A stretch of DNA of 64,000 nt from Methanobacteriota archaeon. Lineage in GTDB: Archaea > Thermoplasmatota > Thermoplasmata > SG8-5 > JAGLSY01. The position numbers and the translations under genes are program-made. The stretch is from assembly GCA_020697715.1 (NCBI GenBank), contig JAEHCO010000001.1, positions 618,139 to 682,138 on the forward strand, given 5' to 3'. The notes under the pieces are model-generated. The model was given only the letters and a program-made list of their open reading frames with translations, was not told where the DNA came from and made no database searches. This document shows, piece after piece, positions 1 to 8,845 of the stretch. The first letter of the stretch is position 1. Each line of letters starts with the position of its first letter.

Positions 1-1034
1 TCCATGTAGTGATGATAACCGGTGACCACAAGCTCACAGCTATGTCCATTGCAAAGCAGATGGGTATAGCATCCGAGGATTCTATCTCCCTCACAGGTGT
101 CGAACTTGACAATATGTCCGATGAACAATTATATGATGTTGTGGAGAAGGTGGCGGTGTACGCCAGGGTCTCGCCAGAGCACAAGATGAAGATAATCGAA
201 GCCTGGAAAAAACATGGCCAGATCGTCGCAATGACCGGTGATGGTGTTAATGACGCCCCCGCTCTGAAATTGGCAGATGTCGGGATCGCGATGGGGATAA
301 CAGGGACCGATGTTTCCAAAGAGGCTGCGGAAATGGTCTTGACCGATGATAACTTTGCTTCAATAGTTGGTGCGGTGGAAGAGGGGAGAAGATGCTTCGA
401 TAATATCCGTAAATTCTTAAAATACACTTTGACATCCAACTCGGGCGAGATATGGGTGATGTTGATGGGCCCTTTCATAGGCATGCCACTGGCATTGCTT
501 CCATTACAGATATTGTGGATAAATCTGGTGACAGATGGATTACCAGGCCTCGCTCTGGCCTTCGAGCCTACAGAGCGGGACACAATGAGCCGATCCCCAT
601 ATCATCCAACAGAGGACATCATAGACAAGAGAATGAAATACCATATACTCTGGGTCGGAATATTGATGGGAAGTATATCCCTGGGCGTTGGTTACTATGC
701 TTGGAAGACCGCGGATCCTCTGTGGCAGACGATGATATTCACCACCCTGACTCTATCTCAGATGGGTCATGTAATGGCAATTCGTTCCGGTCGTGAATCA
801 TTATTCACCGTAGGTGTGTTCTCTAACATGAAGCTAATAGCAGCAGTTTCATTGACCTTCGTACTTCAATTGATGGTCATATACATGCCTTTCATGCAGG
901 AGATATTCAAGACCATCGCTCTACCCATTGATGTCCTGATCTATTGTCTGGCTCTGAGTACGGTAGTGTTCTGGGGTGTGGAATTGGAAAAATGGATATA
1001 TCGAAGAAGGGCTAGATCTTCAGAGCAGGGCTAA
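1..1034 (+). CDS. P-type cation-transporting ATPase (Ca2+/SERCA-like), C-terminal part, truncated by the window edge
   Basis: MITGD, ARVSPEHK, TGDGVNDAPALK and QILWINLVTDGLP motifs followed by C-terminal TM helices. Confidence 0.93.
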   Translation, partial: HVVMITGDHKLTAMSIAKQMGIASEDSISLTGVELDNMSDEQLYDVVEKVAVYARVSPEHKMKIIEAWKKHGQIVAMTGDGVNDAPALKLADVGIAMGITGTDVSKEAAEMVLTDDNFASIVGAVEEGRRCFDNIRKFLKYTLTSNSGEIWVMLMGPFIGMPLALLPLQILWINLVTDGLPGLALAFEPTERDTMSRSPYHPTEDIIDKRMKYHILWVGILMGSISLGVGYYAWKTADPLWQTMIFTTLTLSQMGHVMAIRSGRESLFTVGVFSNMKLIAAVSLTFVLQLMVIYMPFMQEIFKTIALPIDVLIYCLALSTVVFWGVELEKWIYRRRARSSEQG

Positions 1035-1134
1035 ATCAAATAACTTATATCTGATAACATTCTCCGTAGTTGCGCACATATGGAATGCACATATGCAAGT
1101 ATGAGCTTCAGGTGTGTGATCAGGAGACTGAACC

Positions 1135-2415
1135 ATGCTGGACATAAAGTTGATCAGGGATAACCCGGACATCATCAGGGCTGACCTTCGCAAGCGAAAG
1201 GATGAGGATAAATTGCAGGTTCTCGAGGACATTCTGGCGGATGATGCCAAATGGCGAGAATCAAATATCAAGGCTGATGAGCTCAAAGCCAGCCGTAATA
1301 AAATATCCAAGGAGATCGCCAGCATCAAGAAAGCTGGCGGTGATGCCTCTAAACAACTTGACCAAATGAAGGACATCAATGATGAGATCCAAAAGCTGGA
1401 TGAGGATACCAGATATTTGAAAGATTCAGTTGACAGCAAGAAAATGATCTTGCCTAACATTCTCCATGAGAGCGTGCCAGTGGGCGAGGATGATCAAAAG
1501 AATGTCGAGCTCAAGAAGTGGGGACAGCCCCCGGAATTCGATTTCGACCTGAAACCACATGCGGAATTGGCCGAAGATCTCGGTATCGCGGACTTCGACC
1601 GCGCCGGCAGGGTTTCCGGCGCGGGTTTCAATTACCTCATGGGCGACCTGGCCTATCTCGACCTGGCCATCATAAATTTCGCAGCCGAGTTCATGATCGG
1701 TAAGGGCTACACACTTGTTGAACCGCCTTTCATGCTCAAGCGCAAACCGTACGAAGGCGTGACCGATATGGGCGACTTTGAGGATGTGATGTACAAGATA
1801 GAGGGCGAAGACCTGTATCTCATTGCCACTTCCGAGCACCCGATGGCCGCCATGTTCCAGGGTGAGATAATGGATGAGGAAAAAATGCCCATGAAACTGG
1901 TCGGTTTCTCGCCATGCTTCAGGAAGGAGATCGGAGCACATGGCGTGGATACAAAGGGATTATTCCGCATGCACCAGTTCAACAAGATAGAACAATTTAT
2001 ATTTTGCAAACCGGAAGATTCCTGGAAGTATCATGAGGAGCTCCTGGCAAACACCGAGGAAATGTACCAATTACTTGGGATCCCATACCGCGTGGTCAAT
2101 GTCTGCACCGGAGATATTGGCAACCTGGCAGCTAAAAAGTACGATATCGAGGCATGGTTCCCGAGACAAGACAAATATGGCGAGGTCGCATCATGCTCCA
2201 ATTGTACAGATTACCAGGCCAGGCGACTTGGAATTAGAATGGGCAAGGTCGGCGGCAAGGATAAGAAATCCATCCCACACACATTGAACAACACCGCACT
2301 GGCCACCTCCCGAACCATGGTGGCCATTCTGGAGAACTACCAGAACGTGGATGGTACAGTTACCATCCCCGAGGTCTTGCGCAAGTACATGGGCGGGAAA
2401 GAGCTTATTCAATAA
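1135..2415 (+). CDS. serS: Seryl-tRNA synthetase (bacterial/eukaryotic type)
   Basis: MLDIKLIR N-terminus with coiled coil, LIATSEHP, FRKE motif 2, SCSNCTDYQARRL, HTLNNT. Confidence 0.97.
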   Translation: MLDIKLIRDNPDIIRADLRKRKDEDKLQVLEDILADDAKWRESNIKADELKASRNKISKEIASIKKAGGDASKQLDQMKDINDEIQKLDEDTRYLKDSVDSKKMILPNILHESVPVGEDDQKNVELKKWGQPPEFDFDLKPHAELAEDLGIADFDRAGRVSGAGFNYLMGDLAYLDLAIINFAAEFMIGKGYTLVEPPFMLKRKPYEGVTDMGDFEDVMYKIEGEDLYLIATSEHPMAAMFQGEIMDEEKMPMKLVGFSPCFRKEIGAHGVDTKGLFRMHQFNKIEQFIFCKPEDSWKYHEELLANTEEMYQLLGIPYRVVNVCTGDIGNLAAKKYDIEAWFPRQDKYGEVASCSNCTDYQARRLGIRMGKVGGKDKKSIPHTLNNTALATSRTMVAILENYQNVDGTVTIPEVLRKYMGGKELIQ

Positions 2416-2443
2416 TCATGCAAAGCGATGATCATGCGAACAT

Positions 2444-2553
2444 GCCCCGTCTGATTGAACCGATAGAACCAAGGAGGGCGGGGTACTATATTCAATGAGT
2501 ATGCGGGTGACAGTTCTCTATTCGAAACCCCGTCCAAAGGGCGGGGAGGTCCA
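2444..2553. mobile_element. Possible IS200/IS605/IS607-like end remnant (non-autonomous)
   Basis: Two related hairpins CCCCGTC..GGCGGGG (2444-2484, 2528-2546); the second reads GAAACCCCGTCCAAAGGGCGGGGAGGTCCA, resembling archaeal TnpB-element right ends. Confidence 0.4.
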
Positions 2554-2648
2554 TCTCTCTAAAATTCTAAACACGATGAGCAGGTTTCTTCTCCAAACTA
2601 CCGAAACCCACATATAATTCATAGACGGTATACGGGGTCGGTGTTAAT

Positions 2649-3989
2649 ATGCCCGTATGCCCGCTTGAATTCAGATATGGCCGAGAAGAGATGAAGAGGA
2701 TTTTCGATGAAGAAGTACGTCTGCAGCTGATGCTGGATGTCGAGGCAGCTATTGCCAGGGCCCACGCGAAGGTGGGGAATATCGACAAAGAGCACGCGGA
2801 CATCATCACCCAAAAGGCCAATAGCCAGATAGTGAAATTAGAGCGTGTTTGGGAGATCGAGAAGGACACCAACCACGACATAATGGCCATGGTCAAAGCA
2901 CTCACGGAACAATGCGGGCCAGCAGGGGACTATGTCCATCTGGGAGCCACCTCCAATGACATCGTGGATACGGTCACAGCGCTGCAGTTCAACAAGGCCA
3001 TAGAGATGATCATCGACGATCTGATGATACTGGAGCATACGATGATCGACCTAGCGGAAGAACACAAGCACACGGTCATGGTCGGTAGGACCCATGGCCA
3101 GTTCGCCATACCACTGACATTCGGAATGAAGATCGCGGCCTATGCCCTGGAGACACATAGGCATCTCCAGCGTTTGGAGGAAGCCAGATCCCGGATCTGC
3201 GTCGGGAAATTGAGTGGCGCGGTGGGCACAGGAGCGGCATTGGGCGAGCATGCGAAGGATCTGCAAACTATAACCATGGAGGAACTTGGACTCGGATATG
3301 AAGAGGCCAGTCTTCAGTTAGTGGGCAGGGACAGGTATGTGGAATTTATCTCGATATTGGCAAATATCTCGGCCTCTCTAGAAAAATTCTCGGTGGAGAT
3401 CAGAAATCTCCAACGCAGTGAGATAGGCGAGGTTGCCGAGGCTTTCGATAAAGCCAAACAGGTCGGTAGCTCCACCATGGCGCATAAGAAGAACCCGATC
3501 ATGTGCGAGAACATCACTGGATTGGCAAGGGTCCAGCGAGCTTTCATAATTCCGACATTGGAAAATTCACCACTTTGGCATGAGCGAGATCTATCAAATT
3601 CATCTGCCGAGCGTTTTACATTGGGCCACAGCTGTGTGCTGGTGGATGACATGCTGGTGAAGATGAACAAGGTCTTCGCCAATCTCGCGGTCTTCCCCGA
3701 GAAAATGAAAAAGAATATCGAGATGAGCAAGGGCTTGATCATGGCTGAAGCCCTGATGATGGCTCTGGTGAAGAAAGGAATAGGCCGCCAGGACGCGCAT
3801 GAAGTAACTCGCCGAATATCCATGAAATGCATTGACGAGGGGCATGATATTCGAACCGGCGCGATGCAGGATGAGATCATATCCGATCTATGGACACCGG
3901 AAGAACTGGACGTCATACTGGACGCGGCCAATTACACCGGAAGGGCAGCGGAGATCGTTGATGATGTCGCGGACATCATCAACGGATAG
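2649..3989 (+). CDS. purB: Adenylosuccinate lyase
   Basis: HLGATSNDI, GRTHGQ and SSTMAHKKNP fumarate-lyase signature. Confidence 0.96.
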   Translation: MPVCPLEFRYGREEMKRIFDEEVRLQLMLDVEAAIARAHAKVGNIDKEHADIITQKANSQIVKLERVWEIEKDTNHDIMAMVKALTEQCGPAGDYVHLGATSNDIVDTVTALQFNKAIEMIIDDLMILEHTMIDLAEEHKHTVMVGRTHGQFAIPLTFGMKIAAYALETHRHLQRLEEARSRICVGKLSGAVGTGAALGEHAKDLQTITMEELGLGYEEASLQLVGRDRYVEFISILANISASLEKFSVEIRNLQRSEIGEVAEAFDKAKQVGSSTMAHKKNPIMCENITGLARVQRAFIIPTLENSPLWHERDLSNSSAERFTLGHSCVLVDDMLVKMNKVFANLAVFPEKMKKNIEMSKGLIMAEALMMALVKKGIGRQDAHEVTRRISMKCIDEGHDIRTGAMQDEIISDLWTPEELDVILDAANYTGRAAEIVDDVADIING

Positions 3990-4064
3990 ACTAGTGATAG
4001 ACTAGTACTGCATTGGTAAAAGTTTATATCCATATCTTTATTCCTAGTTCTATCTAAACTGATT

Positions 4065-4138
4065 GGGCACATAGATCAGCTCGGAAGATCGCTGCCTTCG
4101 CAAGGCAGAGGCCGCGGGTTCAAATCCCGCTGTGTCCA
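4065..4138 (+). tRNA. tRNA-Ala(CGC)
   Basis: Full cloverleaf, acceptor GGGCACA/TGTGTCC with G3:U70 alanine identity pair, anticodon arm CTGCC-TT-CGC-AA-GGCAG, T-loop TTCAAAT, followed by a T-run. Confidence 0.96.
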
Positions 4139-7100
4139 TTTTTTTTCTTCCCCTTCTTTCTCCCCAATAAGACAAATGTGGCCACTACCATGGCAATGGC
4201 CAATCCCACGAGCATGATGATGAAGAATTGATTGTCGGTCTCTGTCGTCGTAATAGGCAGGTCGTCAGTCTCTGTCGGGGTGGGGTAAACAGATAGATCG
4301 ACGGGCAATACTGTCAATGAGATCTGATGCTGTCCATCCAAGAATCCGTCCATGGAGGCATTTATAGAGACTATACATTCCTCAGTGTGATTCACTTCGG
4401 TGGCGGTTATCCTCAGTTTGAGATAGCCCTGGGAATTCGTGGTTCCGTTTGGAGGGTCTATGATCATCCGCGCACCATCGAGCTCGACCATGACAAACGC
4501 GCCGGCAACGAGGCTCCCATGCGGGTCGGTGACCTGGATGTGGATGTCCGTGTACCCCGCCTGGCTGGGGGAGAGCCAGTCCTCTATCACATCCGTATCT
4601 GGATTGGCCTCGACATAGAGAACGGCGTAATTCTCCGGGTATACCCGTATTTCCGATTCCTTACCCTCGGCATCCTGGTAGCCGTCTTTTGATACGGACA
4701 ATATGGATACCGTCACGGATGTTCCGTTGGTCGAGTTCTCCCCGGGAGGGACATCGGGCGCGATGAAGGATGTGGTGAAGTAACCCTGCCCATCTGTAAA
4801 TCCGGTGTATGCGGACAGATTTCCTGACGAGGACTCCATGGTGACAAGTGCGTGGCTGATGTATTGGCGGTCCTGGTTGGTCACCCTCACTTTCACCTGG
4901 GACGTGGAATTCGATATGGTTTGAATAGGTATCGTGGTGAAGCGGGCATTCAGCCAGTCCTTATCAGGAGGCCTTATGCTGGCTATGGTGCTGGGGTTCA
5001 GAAGAGAACCGGAGCCATCGTCGACATAGCCCAAGAAGGTATCGGACCTGTGAACCTCGTATTTGTACTGATAATAGAGATGCTCCTTCGGTAGATCATA
5101 TGCCAGGGCGGTGACCGCGTCCTGGACAAGCTGAACTTCCGCACCCCGGTCAATTGTGAACATGGCTTCCTCTATCAACCGGTCATACGATGCATTCTGA
5201 TATCCGTAGATGTTTAGACCATCCTTTATATTATCAGAATGGAAAGAGCTGAAGAAAAAGTTTTCAGGTCTTTTCAGGTACATGCTCGGGAATCCCTCCT
5301 CTTCGACACCGGAAGAACCACCCCGGGTTCCGGATTTGGTAAAGAAACCCCAGATTTTTGATTCTCTCTGGGAAAACGTATCATTCACAATGACATACCA
5401 GGAGTAATAAGTGGAGGGTTTAAGATCCGGCCACGAGACAAGAGCTTGAACACCCTCATCGGTGTCCCAAAAGATTATGTCAGTATCTATTACATTGTTG
5501 GTCGAAGCATCATAAAATGTGACAGTTATAGGGTCTCCGTCAGGATCCGATACAAAAACGCGTAAACGTGCTCGATCTGGATCGACACGATTCTCCCCGT
5601 CTTTCGGAAAAGGACTACTGTCATAGGTGGTGGAGTATAGAATAATTCTGGGCGGGTCATTATATAAATAGGGGTGATAAACGGGTACAGTCTGTATCTG
5701 GGAGGGGGTTTCATATTCCTGTGCCACAATGCACATATCGAATTCCTCGGCGAAGATCCTTGCCCATAATCCACCAATTCCCATTGGAACAAGCTCTATG
5801 TTGATCCCGACTTTAATCATCTCTTGGGTCACCATGGTGCCGATCTGGAACATCAATGGATCGATTTCTTGCTCGGAAATAAGCAACTGGATCGTGCCGC
5901 CAGGGCCACTGCCTATGGTGGTGCCATCCGGATTGAGCCACCAATTGCCATTTCCTGGAGGTAATGATGGGTTTTCCAGCAGATACCCTGCTTTTTCCAG
6001 AATACTCACTGCTTCGTAGGGGTCGAAAGCATATCGTGGAGCATAGGTATTTTTCCAATCATAGAACAAGCCGATGCTTTCTCCGTCGGAGGCGAGATCC
6101 CCGATAGAATCTATTGTCTCGTCATCCACACAATGGGCGATGGCCCTTCTGAGGGGCTTTCCGTGATCAATACCTGATGCTGGCCATTCCATCAGATCGT
6201 ATCCAAATGACTTCCTTCTCATATTGTATATAACATCGACCATCACCGCACCTTTCAGATAATTGAACTCCAGATCGGGATTACTCGAAAACTGATTGAG
6301 ATCTGACTGAGGCATTGTCCATCCTATGTGATCGAGATTGTTATTTTCCAAGTCTATTATAGCTTGATCTCGGTTATCATAGAACCTGAAAGATATCTCA
6401 TCGATAGTAGGTTGGGATGCGAAGATATCATACTTGTATCCGGGTTTGTAAAAATGCTCCCTCCACGTGACTAAAGTTAACCGGTCATCCTCCATCCCCA
6501 TCCACTTGAAAGGGCCGCTCCCGATGGGCTGATTATTGCTCCAAGATACAGCAAGTGATGGTTTCCAGGCAGAGCCATTCAAGGAACCGTCATAACCTTC
6601 ATCATACCAGATCTTTTCCTCATCTTCCTCCTGGTTGGATATCTCGCTCCCCCAAATGTGATAGGGTAGGATAGGTAATGAGAGATAATGCAAGAAAACA
6701 CTGTAATGCGGTTTCTGCAAAACGAATTTCAACGCGGCCTTGGATGAGTCCTCCGATTCCCAGACTATGTCGATTGACAGCCATTGAGTATCGGAATAGT
6801 TATTTTCATCTATCAGCGGATGTCCAAGAGACGAGTATTGGGAAGTTGCCTGGGCATGGAAGGAGAACATTATATCACGTATGCTCATCTGCACATCATC
6901 ATGCCAGTACACGTTCTCAAAATCATAGAATATGATAATCTCCGGCTTGCTCTGATTCTCCCAGAGGATCTTTCTGTTGTAGCCGAAATTGTCCACAGTG
7001 CAATCCTCCCAGGTTATGCTTGAAGAATTGCGGGACTCATTAGCAGAGCCCACTGCTATATACGGATCAAGGCGGTTGGTTTCCTGATTGTATTTTATGG

Positions 7101-7308
7101 CTCCCTCGTAAACGAGACCGAGCACTTTCCCGCTGACCTTGTCGTCCACGAGAGGATTGGTATTATATATTTGATTAATGGCGCAGCGGAAGGTAATAGG
7201 GGCATCATTGTCTTGGTCAAGATCGTCTTCCTGGCCGACACCTATTTGAAAGCCAGATAGCAAAACCGCCAATATGATGAAAGTGCAGGTCACCTTTCGT
7301 AGCCACAT
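4120..7308 (-). CDS. Family-5 (OppA/DppA-like) ABC solute-binding protein with an inserted beta-rich domain, Ig-like stalk and C-terminal TM anchor
   Basis: Signal peptide from MWLRK (ATG 7308), PIGSGPF and LRRAIAHCVD SBP5 motifs, clear paralogy to 8846-11902, hydrophobic C-terminus plus KKGKKK. Confidence 0.8.
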   Translation of the reverse strand: MWLRKVTCTFIILAVLLSGFQIGVGQEDDLDQDNDAPITFRCAINQIYNTNPLVDDKVSGKVLGLVYEGAIKYNQETNRLDPYIAVGSANESRNSSSITWEDCTVDNFGYNRKILWENQSKPEIIIFYDFENVYWHDDVQMSIRDIMFSFHAQATSQYSSLGHPLIDENNYSDTQWLSIDIVWESEDSSKAALKFVLQKPHYSVFLHYLSLPILPYHIWGSEISNQEEDEEKIWYDEGYDGSLNGSAWKPSLAVSWSNNQPIGSGPFKWMGMEDDRLTLVTWREHFYKPGYKYDIFASQPTIDEISFRFYDNRDQAIIDLENNNLDHIGWTMPQSDLNQFSSNPDLEFNYLKGAVMVDVIYNMRRKSFGYDLMEWPASGIDHGKPLRRAIAHCVDDETIDSIGDLASDGESIGLFYDWKNTYAPRYAFDPYEAVSILEKAGYLLENPSLPPGNGNWWLNPDGTTIGSGPGGTIQLLISEQEIDPLMFQIGTMVTQEMIKVGINIELVPMGIGGLWARIFAEEFDMCIVAQEYETPSQIQTVPVYHPYLYNDPPRIILYSTTYDSSPFPKDGENRVDPDRARLRVFVSDPDGDPITVTFYDASTNNVIDTDIIFWDTDEGVQALVSWPDLKPSTYYSWYVIVNDTFSQRESKIWGFFTKSGTRGGSSGVEEEGFPSMYLKRPENFFFSSFHSDNIKDGLNIYGYQNASYDRLIEEAMFTIDRGAEVQLVQDAVTALAYDLPKEHLYYQYKYEVHRSDTFLGYVDDGSGSLLNPSTIASIRPPDKDWLNARFTTIPIQTISNSTSQVKVRVTNQDRQYISHALVTMESSSGNLSAYTGFTDGQGYFTTSFIAPDVPPGENSTNGTSVTVSILSVSKDGYQDAEGKESEIRVYPENYAVLYVEANPDTDVIEDWLSPSQAGYTDIHIQVTDPHGSLVAGAFVMVELDGARMIIDPPNGTTNSQGYLKLRITATEVNHTEECIVSINASMDGFLDGQHQISLTVLPVDLSVYPTPTETDDLPITTTETDNQFFIIMLVGLAIAMVVATFVLLGRKKGKKKNGHSGI

Positions 7309-7431
7309 AGTTGGGCTAAATGAAATATGATAGATAAACATATTGCATGTTGTAGAACATGACATACAATAGCCATCATGTCCAGAAATGTTTATAATAG
7401 AGTGGTCGATTCAAATGTGGGTACATCATAC

Positions 7432-8739
7432 ATGACACTGGGTAAGACAAAACATAAAAATTTAACGAATTTCCTGCCGATCACTTTGGGAATTCTCATT
7501 GTCATGATCCTGCTCATTCAGATCCCCGCAGCATCAGCCCAGACCGCGAGCCCGTTTATAGCCAGGGAACAATATGAAAGGATCCCATTTCCTGCCGGAG
7601 CCCTTGTCATTCCGATGGATGAGAAGCAGAATGACATCATAAAGAGCTTCGGACTGGTCCACGCACTTCTGAGAAATGATACACCGTGCTATAGGCTTAT
7701 AGGTCCACCTGACTCGATAATTCAAACCGAGGAATTTCCCACGGGTGCCAATTACTCTGGGGGCCCCATAATTCTCATAGGTCACGATGCCTTGCTGGTG
7801 GCGGATGTGATGGGTAAATTCCCCAGCGTGACTTTGCACACTGTCACTTCCGTGTTCATTTCGGATCGTGTGTACATTATCGAGAGGGCGACAAATATCC
7901 TGGTGGTTGGCAGAGAAGATGAGGATTATATGCAACACAGCTTTTCAAAACAACTTCTCCAGGAAATGATGATCCCATACGAATCCAAGCAAATATGGCA
8001 TCTGGATCCGGATGTGGACTTGTTCAATTATGATCTGATAATCATAGAAAATCCGGGAGCCAATGGAGATATGAACCGCGATCTCCAGATGGGAATAAAG
8101 ACTGCGACGGACAATGGAAAGAATTTTGTTTTCATAGGAAAAGCAATGAGGGACCTACCATCGATATTCCCCGGTTGCTTCGGTGTGATGGCACTTAATG
8201 AGAATATGGAGTTCACCGCACAGTTCAATCATACGGGTGAATCGCCCGCACAGTATGCTGGCCCCACTACCATGAATGTCACTACAAGCAATGTTGTGGC
8301 CGTAACCCCTGGATCTGTGGAACTTAAACCCCTGGTATACGCGGATGCCAATGGAAGCCAAATACTATTCGCTTCATATTTCAGATATGGAAAAGGCATG
8401 ATCGAGACCTTTTCCTTTGATCCTGAGGATCAGTTGATGGTGGACAAGAATATGTACGATCTTGCCTGCATATTCTATGGCAATGGATTAGTTCAGGCTC
8501 CACCCGCACCATTGGTACCACCACTCCCAATGGCGCCATCTGGAATGCCGATCCCTACTCCCGCATTGCCGCCGCCACCGCCGCCACCACCGCCACCACC
8601 GCCAAGCGTACCGATGGCAACAGCCATCCCAGCACATTATCTATTCGCGGGTTTTGCTGGCCTTGCTTTGGGTGATAGGATGAAGAACAAGAGCAAAACG
8701 AAGACCGCTGTAAGGCAGAAGATCAAGATCAGTACATGA
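7432..8739 (+). CDS. Secreted/membrane-anchored hypothetical protein with poly-proline linker
   Basis: N-terminal signal peptide, Pro12 run at 8569-8604, hydrophobic segment and basic tail; start inferred. Confidence 0.65.
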   Translation: MTLGKTKHKNLTNFLPITLGILIVMILLIQIPAASAQTASPFIAREQYERIPFPAGALVIPMDEKQNDIIKSFGLVHALLRNDTPCYRLIGPPDSIIQTEEFPTGANYSGGPIILIGHDALLVADVMGKFPSVTLHTVTSVFISDRVYIIERATNILVVGREDEDYMQHSFSKQLLQEMMIPYESKQIWHLDPDVDLFNYDLIIIENPGANGDMNRDLQMGIKTATDNGKNFVFIGKAMRDLPSIFPGCFGVMALNENMEFTAQFNHTGESPAQYAGPTTMNVTTSNVVAVTPGSVELKPLVYADANGSQILFASYFRYGKGMIETFSFDPEDQLMVDKNMYDLACIFYGNGLVQAPPAPLVPPLPMAPSGMPIPTPALPPPPPPPPPPPPSVPMATAIPAHYLFAGFAGLALGDRMKNKSKTKTAVRQKIKIST

Positions 8740-8845
8740 TGTTCAGACGATCATTATTTTCTTAATCAAAACAACCTTCCACAAAACACTGTACCAATTT
8801 CTTTAAGTATCTTTATTCCAATATTTGATTGATGGTGGAAGATTT

